Source of the DNA: an uncultured Elusimicrobia bacterium
GTDB taxonomy: Bacteria; Elusimicrobiota; Elusimicrobia; 2-01-FULL-59-12
NCBI GenBank assembly: GCA_963702895.1
Contig: OY969767.1
Coordinates: 128,001-192,000 of the forward strand
Direction: 5' to 3'
Length of the DNA stretch: 64,000 bases
Shown here: one piece after another, positions 50,267-61,377 of the stretch
How positions within the stretch are numbered: the stretch's first letter is position 1
Layout: each line of letters begins with the position of its first letter
Notes under the pieces: model-generated
The model's database searches: none
Seen by the model: only the letters and a program-made list of their open reading frames with translations
What the model was told of the DNA's origin: nothing
Position numbers and translations under genes: made by a program

Positions 50267-51093
50267 CCTTGAGCATCCTCTCCCTCTTGTTCTGGCCGGC
50301 GGTGGCGTGTCTGGTGCTCGCCGGCATTCACGCCTATCTCGGTCTTCATGTCGTCGAACGTGGGGTGATCTTTGTTGACCTTTCGCTGGCCCAAGTCGCG
50401 GCCCTCGGGACGACCATCGCATTTTTATTTGGCGCTGATCTCCATGGAACGACGGCGTATTGGGTGTCGCTAGGGTTTACGCTTCTGGGCGCGGTGGTCT
50501 TCGCCGTAACGCGCTCACGCAAGAGCCGAGTTCCTCAGGAAGCGATCATCGGAATCGTCTACGCCGTCTGCGCGGCCGCGGCGGTGCTCGTGATGGACCG
50601 ACTTCCCGAAGGCGCTGAGCACATCAAGCATATCCTGGTGGGAAATTTGCTCGCCGTCACGCCGCAGGAAATCATCAAAATCGCCGTGCTCTATTGCACG
50701 ATAGGCGTTCTGCACTGGTTCTGGCGGAAGCCATTTCTCGCCATTTCTTCGAGCCATGAGAAGGCGTACGCGTCAGGGTACCGCGTGCGCTTATGGGATT
50801 TTTTGTTCTACGGGACGTTTGGGTTTGTGGTGACGTCCTCAGTTGAGATTGTCGGGGTGCTCTTGGTTTTTTCCTTCCTGATTGTTCCTTCCGTGGCCGC
50901 CATGCTTTTTGCCGAAACGATTGCCCAACGCTTGATGTTTGGCTGGGTGATGGGGGCACTTTCCAGCCTGCTGGGAATTTGGGCGTCCTATCAACTGGAC
51001 ACCCCCACCGGGGCCACCGTGGTGTGTATGTTTGGACTCGTTCTGTTGGTTCTGGCGGCCGTGCGGCCGCTCGTGTTCAGGAAGACCGCTTAA
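50263..51093 (+). CDS. Metal ABC transporter permease (ZnuB/ABC-3)
   Basis: GLHVVERG, EAIIG, VGVLLVFSFLIVP, PTGATVV. Confidence 0.9.
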   Translation: MTLSILSLLFWPAVACLVLAGIHAYLGLHVVERGVIFVDLSLAQVAALGTTIAFLFGADLHGTTAYWVSLGFTLLGAVVFAVTRSRKSRVPQEAIIGIVYAVCAAAAVLVMDRLPEGAEHIKHILVGNLLAVTPQEIIKIAVLYCTIGVLHWFWRKPFLAISSSHEKAYASGYRVRLWDFLFYGTFGFVVTSSVEIVGVLLVFSFLIVPSVAAMLFAETIAQRLMFGWVMGALSSLLGIWASYQLDTPTGATVVCMFGLVLLVLAAVRPLVFRKTA

Positions 51094-51839
51094 TCGACGA
51101 GCAACAGGAGCAGCATCAGCCCTACTCCCGCCAAAAGTGAAATGAACTGCACCAGCGACTTCATCGGAGCATTTTCTTTATGGAGTTCGGGTGTCAGGTT
51201 CGACCCGGCAATATAGAGAAAGGTGCCCGCGGTGACGGGAAGCGCGATGGAGGGGAAGTCCGCCATGGCACTCTGAAACGCAAAGGCGACCCCCACACCG
51301 ACCATCGCAATGCAAGCGGACAAGAAATTGAAGAGAAGCGCCTGGCTGCGCGAGTAGCCGGAGTGCAGGAGCACCCCAAAGTCTCCGATTTCATGCGGCA
51401 GCTCATGCAGAACCACGGCGAGGGTGGTCGCGATGCCGACGGAGTAGCCCGCCTGATAGCTGGCGCCAATCAAGATGCCATCCATGAGGTTGTGAAGGCC
51501 ATCGGAAACAAGAAGGATTCGTCCGACAGGATGAATGTGGTCGTCGTGGTTGTGCAGCCCATGTTCCTGCCTCCAGCGAAGGAATTTCTCTAGTACAAAG
51601 GACGAGAAGATCCCTACCAAGACCCACAGAGAGCTTTTGACCGGATGGGCGGAGGAGCGAAAGATTTCAGGGAGGAGATGGACGATGGCGTCCGCGAAGA
51701 GCGCTCCGGCCGCCAAACTCACCAGGAAGAAGACCACATTCTTCACGCTGCGTTCGCGCAAAGGAATGGTCGCAAGCGCCGCCAGAGACAAAAGGCTCAC
51801 CCCCAGCGCGCTGCCAAAAGCCAACCAAAATGGCGTCAT
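51090..51839 (-). CDS. ZIP family metal transporter
   Basis: His-rich loop, DGLHNLMDG, HELPHEIGDF. Confidence 0.93.
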   Translation of the reverse strand: MTPFWLAFGSALGVSLLSLAALATIPLRERSVKNVVFFLVSLAAGALFADAIVHLLPEIFRSSAHPVKSSLWVLVGIFSSFVLEKFLRWRQEHGLHNHDDHIHPVGRILLVSDGLHNLMDGILIGASYQAGYSVGIATTLAVVLHELPHEIGDFGVLLHSGYSRSQALLFNFLSACIAMVGVGVAFAFQSAMADFPSIALPVTAGTFLYIAGSNLTPELHKENAPMKSLVQFISLLAGVGLMLLLLLVD

Positions 51840-51995
51840 AGAGCCGTTATTATAACCTCAATTGTGGGATAAGACAGAGGATTAACCGGGAATATTCGTG
51901 CGCCAACGGAATGCGATCGTCACAGATCTCCTGACTTTGCTGTCCCCTCTCCCGCCGCAAGGCGGGAGAGCAACTGTGTTGTCAATAGGGGTCTT

Positions 51996-53177
<1,182 letters not shown>

Positions 53178-53290
53178 TCACCCCGCCCTCTCCCACGTCC
53201 CGCGGGAGAGGGAGCACATGGGCAGTCGAATTATCCGGTTTAAGAGAGTATGCCGATGGGCACATAGGCCTAGAATCGCGCGAAGTTGAG

Positions 53291-53596
53291 ATGCTCCGTC
53301 ACGAAACAAGTTTACGTTCTGTTCATCTTGCTGTAACACACGCACTCTACACTGATATTGTGACCATCAAACAAATCATCGTAGGGTCCATGGTGGGCAC
53401 CATCATCGTCGGAGCGATGGCTCATAGGCTCTATTCGGTAAAAGATCGTCACGGACAGGCGCAGATCCTGCTCTCCTCGAAAAAGATGAGCCCTAAAATC
53501 TCCACGAACAGCAAAGAAGCTTCAACCAAAAGAACCAAGCGAAAACCATGGTTCCAAGTCCACCAGGAGCCTCTCCGTCCATCCCGCCAGGCATAA
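53291..53596 (+). CDS. Hypothetical protein (start uncertain)
   Basis: ORF with one hydrophobic segment and a basic tail; no recognised family. Confidence 0.35.
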   Translation: MLRHETSLRSVHLAVTHALYTDIVTIKQIIVGSMVGTIIVGAMAHRLYSVKDRHGQAQILLSSKKMSPKISTNSKEASTKRTKRKPWFQVHQEPLRPSRQA

Positions 53597-53698
53597 ATTT
53601 ACACCATAAACCACTCTCTATTTAGATGTATTCATGAGTTTACCTTGCGTTAACAATCGATTTACTTTCCCGTAACAGCCTCCCGCCATCATGTTCTT

Positions 53699-54973
53699 AT
53701 GAAATTGAAGCATTGGGCCTATTTTGGGCTTATATTGGCTTTAAGTCGTGAGTCCTTGCTCGGGGGCATGCGCCCTGCCTCTGGGCTGGCTCCTGCCGTC
53801 CCCTTTCCGTCTTTTGGCGTCCGCTCACCTCAAGACAGACTCCGGGTCTTGCGGAAAAAGCCCAAAAAAAAGGTCCCCTTGCCTGTCATGGTTCGACTCT
53901 TTGCCAAGGGAAACACCCAGGCGCTTTGGCTCAAGCACGCGAAGGACCTGCGACTTTCTGGACGGCAAGTCCAAGGGCCCATATATGTCGTGCATAAGGA
54001 TGGAAAGCTTCACGTGTATCGGGCCAAGCGACAGCTCATGGTCACGCGACAACTCAAGATCCATTCGCTTGATGAGATGCCCTATCAAATCGAGAACCGT
54101 GTTCGACAGCGCAAGTGGGTTACGGGCGAGCTGCGCCTGAGTGTTGTCCAAGGACAAATCAGAGTCGTCAATCGCATGGCGATGGAAGATTATGTGGCAG
54201 GCATTCTTGAGGGGGAATTAGGTTCACTGAAGCTCGAACCGGAGCTCTTGAAAGCCCAAATCGTTGTGGCCCGCAGTTATGTTCTTTCCATGCGGGACGC
54301 CCGGCATCATGGAGCAGGATATGAGTTTTGCGACCGGCCGCACTGCCAAGTGTTTCGGGGTGTCGCGCGCAAGGAGGAGCATCCCGAATTGGAGAAGATC
54401 CTGGTGAGTGTTCGTGGACAATACCTTGCTTATCACGGACGACCCATCTGCGCGTTCTATCACCACAACTGTGGCGGTGTGACTTCCGCAGTAGAAGAGG
54501 TCTGGCCGATGCCGGGACGGCCCTACCTGAAGGCGGTCGAGGAAGATCCAGCGAGCATCTGTAAGGTGCCTCGAGACTCCGAGTGGCGCGTTTTGCTCAG
54601 TCGCAAAAAGCTCACGTCTTGTTTCAGAAAGGCAGGGTGGTTGAAGCCCAAAGAGGCTTTGACGGACGTGCAGATTCTTGAGACCGATCCTTCAGGACGC
54701 GTGAAGCGCCTCCTGATCCAAGGACAGCGCCCGATCCGGGTCAGCGTGGGCCGCTTTCGGAATGTGATCAATCAATATTTTGGCGGAGAGCCCTTAAAGA
54801 GCGCTTTGTTTACCCTGGCCCTTGGCCAAGAGGCCTGCACGGTGAGGGGGCGCGGCTGGGGACACGGCGTTGGGTTCTGCCAGGAAGGCGCCAAGTGGCT
54901 GGCTCAAAAAGGACTGTCCTACAGAAAAATTCTACAGCATTATTTCCCGCACACAGCACTTCAGAAGGTCTAA
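53699..54973 (+). CDS. SpoIID/LytB domain protein
   Basis: MEDYVAGIL, LKAQIVVARSY, HCQVF, GWGHGVGFCQEGA. Confidence 0.92.
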   Translation: MKLKHWAYFGLILALSRESLLGGMRPASGLAPAVPFPSFGVRSPQDRLRVLRKKPKKKVPLPVMVRLFAKGNTQALWLKHAKDLRLSGRQVQGPIYVVHKDGKLHVYRAKRQLMVTRQLKIHSLDEMPYQIENRVRQRKWVTGELRLSVVQGQIRVVNRMAMEDYVAGILEGELGSLKLEPELLKAQIVVARSYVLSMRDARHHGAGYEFCDRPHCQVFRGVARKEEHPELEKILVSVRGQYLAYHGRPICAFYHHNCGGVTSAVEEVWPMPGRPYLKAVEEDPASICKVPRDSEWRVLLSRKKLTSCFRKAGWLKPKEALTDVQILETDPSGRVKRLLIQGQRPIRVSVGRFRNVINQYFGGEPLKSALFTLALGQEACTVRGRGWGHGVGFCQEGAKWLAQKGLSYRKILQHYFPHTALQKV

Positions 54974-55047
54974 CTTTTAGTCGCTCGAAGCTGCCCCGCC
55001 GACAACCCCTTAAGCGGTCCCATGAAAAATGCTAAAACAATGTCCTT

Positions 55048-56013
55048 ATGTGGATCGTGACAGGCGGTGCGGGCTTTATCGGGAGCGCGCTTCTCTGGAA
55101 GCTCAACCAGGAGGGGATGAACGATCTCCTCGTGGTGGATGGCCTGGAGTCCTCGGACAAATGGAAAAATCTCCGCGGGAAGAAGTTTTCCGACTATCTG
55201 GAAGCGGGTGATTTCCTGAGCCGCGTCCAGGCGGGGAAAATGCCAAAGGTCCAAGGCATGGTCCATCTGGGCGCCTGCTCCTCGACCACGGAGACCAACG
55301 CTTCCTATTTAATTCAGAACAATTACGAATACACGAAGACGCTCGCGATGTGGGCGCTCTCGAAGAACATCCGTTTTGTCTACGCCTCAAGCGCTGCGAC
55401 TTATGGCGATGGGGCTTGGGGGTACAAAACAGATGACGCCACGACGATGCGCTTACAGCCCTTGAATATGTATGGCTACTCGAAGCAATTGTTTGACCAG
55501 TGGGCTCTGCAGAAGGGCGCGCTCAAGAAGCTGGTGGGCATCAAGTTTTTTAATGTCTTTGGTCCCAACGAATACCACAAGGGCGATATGCGCTCGGTGA
55601 TCGCCAAGGCGTATGAACAAATCCAGCGGGACGGCAAAGTCCGACTCTTTAAGTCGTACCGTCCGGACTACAAAGACGGGGAGCAGGTACGCGATTTTCT
55701 CTATGTCAAAGACGCCGTGAACGTGGTCTATGAGTTGATGACAGGCAAAGGATACGGCGGCCTCTATAATTTAGGGGCAGGCCACGCGCGCTCCTGGAAG
55801 GACCTCGCGCGCGCGATCTTTGCGGCCCTGGGGCGGCCGGAGCGCATCGAGTACATCGAGATGCCGGAATCCCTCCGGGCCAAGTACCAATATCACACGG
55901 AAGCCGATATGTCCTGGATGAAAGGGAAGAAACTTGCCAAGATGATGACGCTGGAAGAAGGCGTCTCGGACTACGTGCGGAACTATCTTTCAAAGGAAAA
56001 CCCCTACTTATGA
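55048..56013 (+). CDS. rfaD: ADP-L-glycero-D-manno-heptose 6-epimerase
   Basis: TGGAGFIGS, GACSSTTE, YASSAATYG, YGYSK, EYHKG. Confidence 0.95.
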   Translation: MWIVTGGAGFIGSALLWKLNQEGMNDLLVVDGLESSDKWKNLRGKKFSDYLEAGDFLSRVQAGKMPKVQGMVHLGACSSTTETNASYLIQNNYEYTKTLAMWALSKNIRFVYASSAATYGDGAWGYKTDDATTMRLQPLNMYGYSKQLFDQWALQKGALKKLVGIKFFNVFGPNEYHKGDMRSVIAKAYEQIQRDGKVRLFKSYRPDYKDGEQVRDFLYVKDAVNVVYELMTGKGYGGLYNLGAGHARSWKDLARAIFAALGRPERIEYIEMPESLRAKYQYHTEADMSWMKGKKLAKMMTLEEGVSDYVRNYLSKENPYL

Positions 56014-56600
56014 AATCCCGTGTAGCCCGCGTTGCGCGAAAGACCCGAGAAACCCAGGTTGATCTGAAGCTTAACCTCGACGGCCACGGTTCATATCGAG
56101 TTTCGACGACGATCGCGTTTCTCGATCATATGCTGGAGCTCTTTGCGAAACATGGTCCATTCGATCTTCGTGTTCAGGCCCGTGGTGACACCCACATTGA
56201 TCACCACCACCTCGTGGAGGACATTGGCATCGCGTTGGGCGAAGCCATTGCCAAGGCGGCAGGGGATAAGAAGGGCATCTGTCGCTATGGGAATTTTTAT
56301 CTTCCCATGGATGAGTCCCTGAGCTATGTGGCCCTCGATCTTTCGAACCGTCCGTACTTTGTCTGGAAAGTGAAGTGGCAGAAATCTGACATCGGAAAGT
56401 TTGACGGCCTCTTGCTTGAGCATTTCTTTGAGTCGCTGGCGGCGAGCGCCCGCATGAATCTCCATATGGCGCTCAAGTACGGCAAACAACCCCACCACAT
56501 CGCGGAAAGCCTCTTCAAAGGTTTCGCGCGCGCGCTCAGTCAGGCGGTCGCGCGCGGCGGCCGATGGAAGGGCATCCCCTCCACCAAAGGCAAGCTCTAG
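56010..56600 (+). CDS. hisB: Imidazoleglycerol-phosphate dehydratase
   Basis: RKTRET, FLDHML, DHHHLVED, HHIAE, PSTKG. Confidence 0.96.
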   Translation: MKSRVARVARKTRETQVDLKLNLDGHGSYRVSTTIAFLDHMLELFAKHGPFDLRVQARGDTHIDHHHLVEDIGIALGEAIAKAAGDKKGICRYGNFYLPMDESLSYVALDLSNRPYFVWKVKWQKSDIGKFDGLLLEHFFESLAASARMNLHMALKYGKQPHHIAESLFKGFARALSQAVARGGRWKGIPSTKGKL

Positions 56601-56671
56601 GCGTAGTCCGACCGCAGTGTGTCGGATCCATCATGGTAGACCTCGGCTAACCGGGAAAGTTCAGTTATGCC

Positions 56672-56800
56672 GTCACCCCGGCATGCCTTAAGCCGGCCCT
56701 CCAGACTACCGGCGGGCCGTCCGCCCTGCCATGTGGCGGACGGGGTCTATCAGACGTACAAAACCTGATGGATCCCCTGCTTACAACCGCAGGGGATGAC
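56672..56800. repeat. REP-B doublet with nested insert; partial arms at about 56624-56655 and 56855-56879
   Basis: Inverted homolog of 20990-21118. Confidence 0.85.
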
Positions 56801-56886
56801 GGCACTAAAAAGTGCGACGGGTTCAGACGGAGAAATTTGGCCAACCGCAGTTTTCGGGCTAACGACATGCCGGGGTGGCGGTTTTA

Positions 56887-57243
56887 TTATTGATTCGTCG
56901 ATCCGTGGATCAAGGTGTCTTGAATGAGGTTCGGCAAGGGCGGTTCAGACGAATCGTCAGGCAGGAACACAGGTTTTGGGGGCGGCTGAGGCTTCTCTTC
57001 TTCTTGCACTTCGTGAAGTGGCGGGTTTAAAGAGGGATAGGCGTTCCCTCGCCCGGAATCAACGGTTGGCGACACGGTGGCCGTTGAGTCTTGCGGCAGC
57101 TCGAACTTGGGGTGGTACTCGAGGCGGTTGTAATTCGGAAAGTTGTCTTGACCCTCCGGACGTTTTCCGCGCGCCTCTGAGATTGAGGCGGTCGCGCCAA
57201 GCAGTGCCGCCGCGAGAAAAAAGATCGTCGCTCTCCGGTTCAT
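56887..57243 (-). CDS. Hypothetical secreted proline-rich protein
   Basis: MNRRATIFFLAAALLGATASISEA signal peptide. Confidence 0.5.
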   Translation of the reverse strand: MNRRATIFFLAAALLGATASISEARGKRPEGQDNFPNYNRLEYHPKFELPQDSTATVSPTVDSGRGNAYPSLNPPLHEVQEEEKPQPPPKPVFLPDDSSEPPLPNLIQDTLIHGSTNQ

Positions 57244-57350
57244 CGGGGCAGACAGCGGCATTCTTGAATAGGGTTTCCTTGATGTCTGATGCGGCGCAGA
57301 TGTCATGTAAGAAATTTTACTGCATCTAATGCGGTTTTGCGCAAGACCGA

Positions 57351-58565
57351 CTACCGGCGGCCGTGACGGCCCCGTGGAATAAAGCGGCGGCGCGCGCCGA
57401 ATCGCTCGGCAAACGTCTTGGGCTTGGGCGGTGGGGGGAGCTTTTCGTAGGGAAAATCGGGGACCTGCGCTCGGGGGATTTTTCTTCCTATAAAGCGTTC
57501 AATGGCCGCCACGAACCGCTCTTCTTCGGGAGAGACGAGGGTGTAAGCATCACCCACTTCGAAATACCGGCCTGTACGGCCAATGCGATGGACATAGTCT
57601 TCGGTTTTTTCCGGCACGTTATAGTTGATGACGTGGCTGAGTTTTCTCACGTCCAGGCCGCGTGCCGCAATGTCGGTGGCGACCATCACTTGATACTTCC
57701 CCTGCTTAAACCCGGCCATCGCCTGATTGCGTTGCCCCTGCGTGAGGTCCGCGTGCATGGCGACGACAGACAGATCTTCAGTCTTCAGAAACCGGGCGAG
57801 CCGGTCGGCGCCGCGCTTCGTCCGGCTGAAAATAAGGACGGACTTCATGCTGGTGTTGCGGAGAATATACAGGAGCAGATCGCTTTTTTGCTGCGGCATG
57901 ACGGGGTAAAGCATCTGCGTCACGCTGTCTGCCGTCGCCCCGCGTGGCGCGATCGCAACGGAGATGGGATCCTTGAGCGCCAAATGGGACAAACGGCCAA
58001 TCTCGGCAGCAAGGGTCGCGGAAAAAAGCATGGTTTGCCGCTCTTTTGGCACATAAGTCAGAATCTTATGCAGCGCTGGGGCGAAACCCATGTCGAGCAT
58101 CCGGTCCGCTTCATCCAGCACCAGGGTGTGGACTTTGGTCAGGCTGATCGTCCGTCTCTCTAAGTGATCGATCAGCCGGCCGGGTGTGGCGATCACAAGC
58201 GACGCTCCGGCACGCAGTGCCTGAAGCTGTAGATGGAAACTCTCTCCTCCCACCAAAAGAGCAGACCGAAACGTCGTGAATCGACCGACTTCCTTCACCA
58301 CCGTGGCGACCTGCGCGGCGAGCTCGCGCGTTGGAAGCAAAACGAGCCCCGTCACACCCGTTACAGGGTGCTCCAGCATCCGGTGCAGCATGGGAAGCAC
58401 AAAAGCGAGGGTTTTACCGGTCCCTGTTTGGGCAGACACCAGGACGTCACGTCCCTGGAGGACTTGCGGGATCGCTTCGTGCTGAACGGGGGTCGGCTCA
58501 TGAAAGTTTAACGACTCCATGGCTTTCATCAGTTCGGGGCGGAGACCAAAATTCGCAAAGGACAT
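57351..58565 (-). CDS. DEAD-box RNA helicase (RhlE-like)
   Basis: AQTGTGKT, PTRELA, DEAD, SAT, ARGLD, HRIGRTGR. Confidence 0.96.
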   Translation of the reverse strand: MSFANFGLRPELMKAMESLNFHEPTPVQHEAIPQVLQGRDVLVSAQTGTGKTLAFVLPMLHRMLEHPVTGVTGLVLLPTRELAAQVATVVKEVGRFTTFRSALLVGGESFHLQLQALRAGASLVIATPGRLIDHLERRTISLTKVHTLVLDEADRMLDMGFAPALHKILTYVPKERQTMLFSATLAAEIGRLSHLALKDPISVAIAPRGATADSVTQMLYPVMPQQKSDLLLYILRNTSMKSVLIFSRTKRGADRLARFLKTEDLSVVAMHADLTQGQRNQAMAGFKQGKYQVMVATDIAARGLDVRKLSHVINYNVPEKTEDYVHRIGRTGRYFEVGDAYTLVSPEEERFVAAIERFIGRKIPRAQVPDFPYEKLPPPPKPKTFAERFGARRRFIPRGRHGRR

Positions 58566-58588
58566 AGACACTATCGTAGCATAGCGAC

Positions 58589-58912
58589 ATGCCAGATCCC
58601 TTGAAGATTGTCACGGAAGCCAGACGACTTTTCAATGCGCGACACGACTGGCATGTCCATGAAGTGCTCGAAGAACTCTGGAAGGTGCGGGCGGGCAAAG
58701 AGAAGGAACTGCTTCAGGGACTGATCCTGGTGTCGGCTGCCTTGGTCCATGCCTCAAACGGAAAAATGGAGGTCTGCTGGTCCATGATGGAGCGGGCCCT
58801 CATGAAATTGGACGGCCAGCCGGACGATTACTATGGATGGAATATCTCCGTGTTTCGGAGCCATTTTAAGCGTGTGCTGGACAAAAAGACACTCCGCATT
58901 CCTGAGGTCTAG
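58589..58912 (+). CDS. DUF309 domain protein
   Basis: FN..HEVLEELW..LQGLI..AALVH. Confidence 0.85.
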   Translation: MPDPLKIVTEARRLFNARHDWHVHEVLEELWKVRAGKEKELLQGLILVSAALVHASNGKMEVCWSMMERALMKLDGQPDDYYGWNISVFRSHFKRVLDKKTLRIPEV

Positions 58913-58960
58913 CAACATTTTTTCTGGACATGTCCTTTCCAAAAGTATAATGAGCCTGCC

Positions 58961-60196
58961 GTGAAGTGGATTTCGACCTTATCTGATGCGGCCACCCTCC
59001 CTCAGGCGCTGGAAGAGGTTGCCTCTGCCGCCGAGCGTTCTCTCAAAGAACAAATCCCGGATCTTTGTCTCGTTTTTATTTCCAATCATTTCCAATCCGG
59101 CTACGAAACGGTCATCCCCTTTCTCAAGGCCCGCTTAGGGCCACGCGTGATCCTGGGATGTTCGGGCGGTGGTGTCGTGGGGACCGGCCGCGAGCTGGAA
59201 AACTGCCCCGCCTTGGCGCTCACGTGCGCTGTCCTGCCGGAGGTCACCTTGACGCCCTTCCGCGTGGCGGACAGTTCCTTGCCAGGACTTGACGCCAGTC
59301 CTCGTGAGTGGCATCACCTGGCCGGTGTTTCGAGCGTAGACAATCCCCAATTCATTGTACTGGCCGACCCCTTCTCCATTCGTATCGACAATTTGCTCAT
59401 GGGCCTCGATTATGCCTACCCCAAAGCGACCAAGGTCGGAGGGCTCGCCTCGGGGGGAAAACAGCCAGGGGATAATGCCCTTTACTTAAACTCCGTGTGC
59501 TACAGATCGGGGGGTGTGGGGGTGGCCTTGTCCGGGAACATTGCCTTGGATGCGCTGGTGTCCCAGGGCTGTCGGCCGATCGGCAAGCCCATGAGGGTCA
59601 CCAAGTCCGATCGCAATATCCTGGTGGAGCTGGATGGGAAGTCCCCGCTCCACATCCTGCGCGATTTGTATCTGACCCTGGGGGCGCGTGACCAAAACCT
59701 CTTGCAGCATGCGCTCTTTCTGGGTCTCGTCATGGACCCCATGAAGTCTCACTTTACACAAGGGGATTTTCTCATTCGGAATATCGTGGGCATGGATACA
59801 GAAAAAGGCATCCTGGCCATTGGCGCGCACCTCCGCCAGGGACAACTCGTCCAGTTCCATCTGAGAGATGCCCTGACGTCCGATGAAGACCTGAAGCAGG
59901 TGCTCTCCACCTATGCCCAGCGCTCCACGCATGACCAGGTGACAGGAGCCCTCCTTTTCTCCTGCCTTGGCAGAGGGGAATATCTCTACGGGCACGCCAG
60001 TCACGATTCCCAGCTGTTCCAGCAGAAATTGGGGCAGGTCCCCATCAGCGGGTTTTTCTGCAATGGGGAGATTGGACCGGTCGGCGGCACCACCTATTTG
60101 CATGGTTATACAAGCTGTTTTGCCCTTTTCCGCCCCATGTTCGTCACCGAGCCGGCGATTAGCGCGTCGGAAGCGCAGTCCTTTCGCTCCATTTAA
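58961..60196 (+). CDS. FIST signal-transduction domain protein
   Basis: GCSGGGV, ADPF, GGLASG, SQGCRPIG, FSCLGRG, GFFCNGEIGP. Confidence 0.92.
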   Translation: MKWISTLSDAATLPQALEEVASAAERSLKEQIPDLCLVFISNHFQSGYETVIPFLKARLGPRVILGCSGGGVVGTGRELENCPALALTCAVLPEVTLTPFRVADSSLPGLDASPREWHHLAGVSSVDNPQFIVLADPFSIRIDNLLMGLDYAYPKATKVGGLASGGKQPGDNALYLNSVCYRSGGVGVALSGNIALDALVSQGCRPIGKPMRVTKSDRNILVELDGKSPLHILRDLYLTLGARDQNLLQHALFLGLVMDPMKSHFTQGDFLIRNIVGMDTEKGILAIGAHLRQGQLVQFHLRDALTSDEDLKQVLSTYAQRSTHDQVTGALLFSCLGRGEYLYGHASHDSQLFQQKLGQVPISGFFCNGEIGPVGGTTYLHGYTSCFALFRPMFVTEPAISASEAQSFRSI

Positions 60197-60265
60197 GACC
60201 CCCAGCAGTTCTGCAGTTGATTTTTCAATCTATCCTAGGTAAGCTCAGAAGAGCCAAACGGAGCT

Positions 60266-60805
60266 ATGCCAAAAAGCGATAAAAACATCCTGAAGGAAGC
60301 CAAGATCTTCTCTTTAGCCCAAGTGGTGGACCGCTGCATCGTGGTGGTCGAAGAGGTGGGGGGGCCGCGCCTCGTGCCCATTTGGATCGGGATCTTTGAG
60401 GGGGGGGCGATCGCGGCCGAACTCACGGGCCAGGAACCGCCACGCCCCATGACGCATGACCTCTTCAAGATGATGCTCAAAGCCGCCCATGCGACGCTTG
60501 ATAAAATTGTGATTACGGACCTCCGGGAAAATACCTATTTTGCCGAGATCCATATTCGGACGAACGGCTCCACGACCGTCATCGATTCCCGTCCAAGCGA
60601 TGCTTTGGCGCTCGCCGTACGCGCCAAGTGTCCGATGTACGTTTCAGAGGCAGTTTTCCAAAAATGCCCCGAGTTGCTCAAGCCCATCTCCGAGGATGAA
60701 GTGAAATCCTTCAAGGAAGAACTCAAAAACATGAAACCGGAAGATTTCTTCAAGGACTTGAAGCGCGACAAAGGCCCCGGCCCCAAAGACCCCCCCTCTC
60801 CGTAA
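60266..60805 (+). CDS. Bifunctional nuclease family protein (DUF151)
   Basis: PIWIG, PRPMTHDL, DSRPSDALALA. Confidence 0.92.
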   Translation: MPKSDKNILKEAKIFSLAQVVDRCIVVVEEVGGPRLVPIWIGIFEGGAIAAELTGQEPPRPMTHDLFKMMLKAAHATLDKIVITDLRENTYFAEIHIRTNGSTTVIDSRPSDALALAVRAKCPMYVSEAVFQKCPELLKPISEDEVKSFKEELKNMKPEDFFKDLKRDKGPGPKDPPSP

Positions 60806-60857
60806 GCCAAGTCCTTTCTCGACCGTTGCTTTGGACGCGCCCGTTCAACCCCTCGGA

Positions 60858-60890
60858 GTGAATATTTTGGCGTGTTTTGCATCTAAGGGA
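60858..60890 (+). promoter_or_regulatory. Putative ECF-sigma promoter
   Basis: Same GTGAATATTTT-N10-GCATCTAAGGGA as 21257-21289. Confidence 0.6.
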
Positions 60891-60952
60891 TAGAGGGAGC
60901 CTTTGCCCCTTCCGGGCCGAGTGCCCCTCCTATCAACCTAAGGAGGAAACAC

Positions 60953-61288
60953 ATGAATCGAATCAACAAAAAGCCGAGTTGGATCACCGTGCTCATCGTC
61001 GCGGGCTTTGCGTCCATGAGCTTGGCGCAGGAACCGCCTGCTGCGCGCTCCGGCGTCAAGACGGGTCGCGGAGCTTATGGGTTTGTGGCCATGGTCGACC
61101 ACAAAGTGGGGCTTTCCCCAGAGCAGAAAGATGCTGTCCGCGGGCTTCTGGCGGAGCAGCGAGAGAAGTCGAAAGCCATACGCCAGGAGACGGATAAGAA
61201 AATCCGTGGACTTCTCAACACCGACCAGCAAAAGAAGTTCGATGCCGTGCTGGCCGAGCAAAAGTCCAACGCAATGCAAAAGCGATAA
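60953..61288 (+). CDS. Small periplasmic protein, Spy/CpxP-like
   Basis: Signal peptide; LSPEQ and LNTDQ (LTxxQ-like) motifs; AGGAGG RBS. Confidence 0.7.
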   Translation: MNRINKKPSWITVLIVAGFASMSLAQEPPAARSGVKTGRGAYGFVAMVDHKVGLSPEQKDAVRGLLAEQREKSKAIRQETDKKIRGLLNTDQQKKFDAVLAEQKSNAMQKR

Positions 61289-61319
61289 TTGAATCGCTAG
61301 GCCGTTTAGGAAAATCCAC

Positions 61320-61360
61320 AGGGAAGGTTTCCATCGATCGGTGGGAACCTTCCCTTTTTT
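61320..61360 (+). terminator. Intrinsic terminator
   Basis: AGGGAAGGTTTCC..GGGAACCTTCCCT followed by a T-run. Confidence 0.85.
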
Positions 61361-61377
61361 GTAGAATCGGTGCCGAT

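Noticed and set aside
51846..51856. GTTATTATAAC upstream of the ZIP gene as a Zur box
   Set aside because: Half-site spacing is shorter than the Zur pattern I recall; more simply the -10 box of a near-leaderless promoter
60889..60934. Hairpin upstream of the Spy-like gene as a riboswitch
   Set aside because: Single GATAG..CTATC stem with no recognisable aptamer motif; more likely a 5' stabilising hairpin
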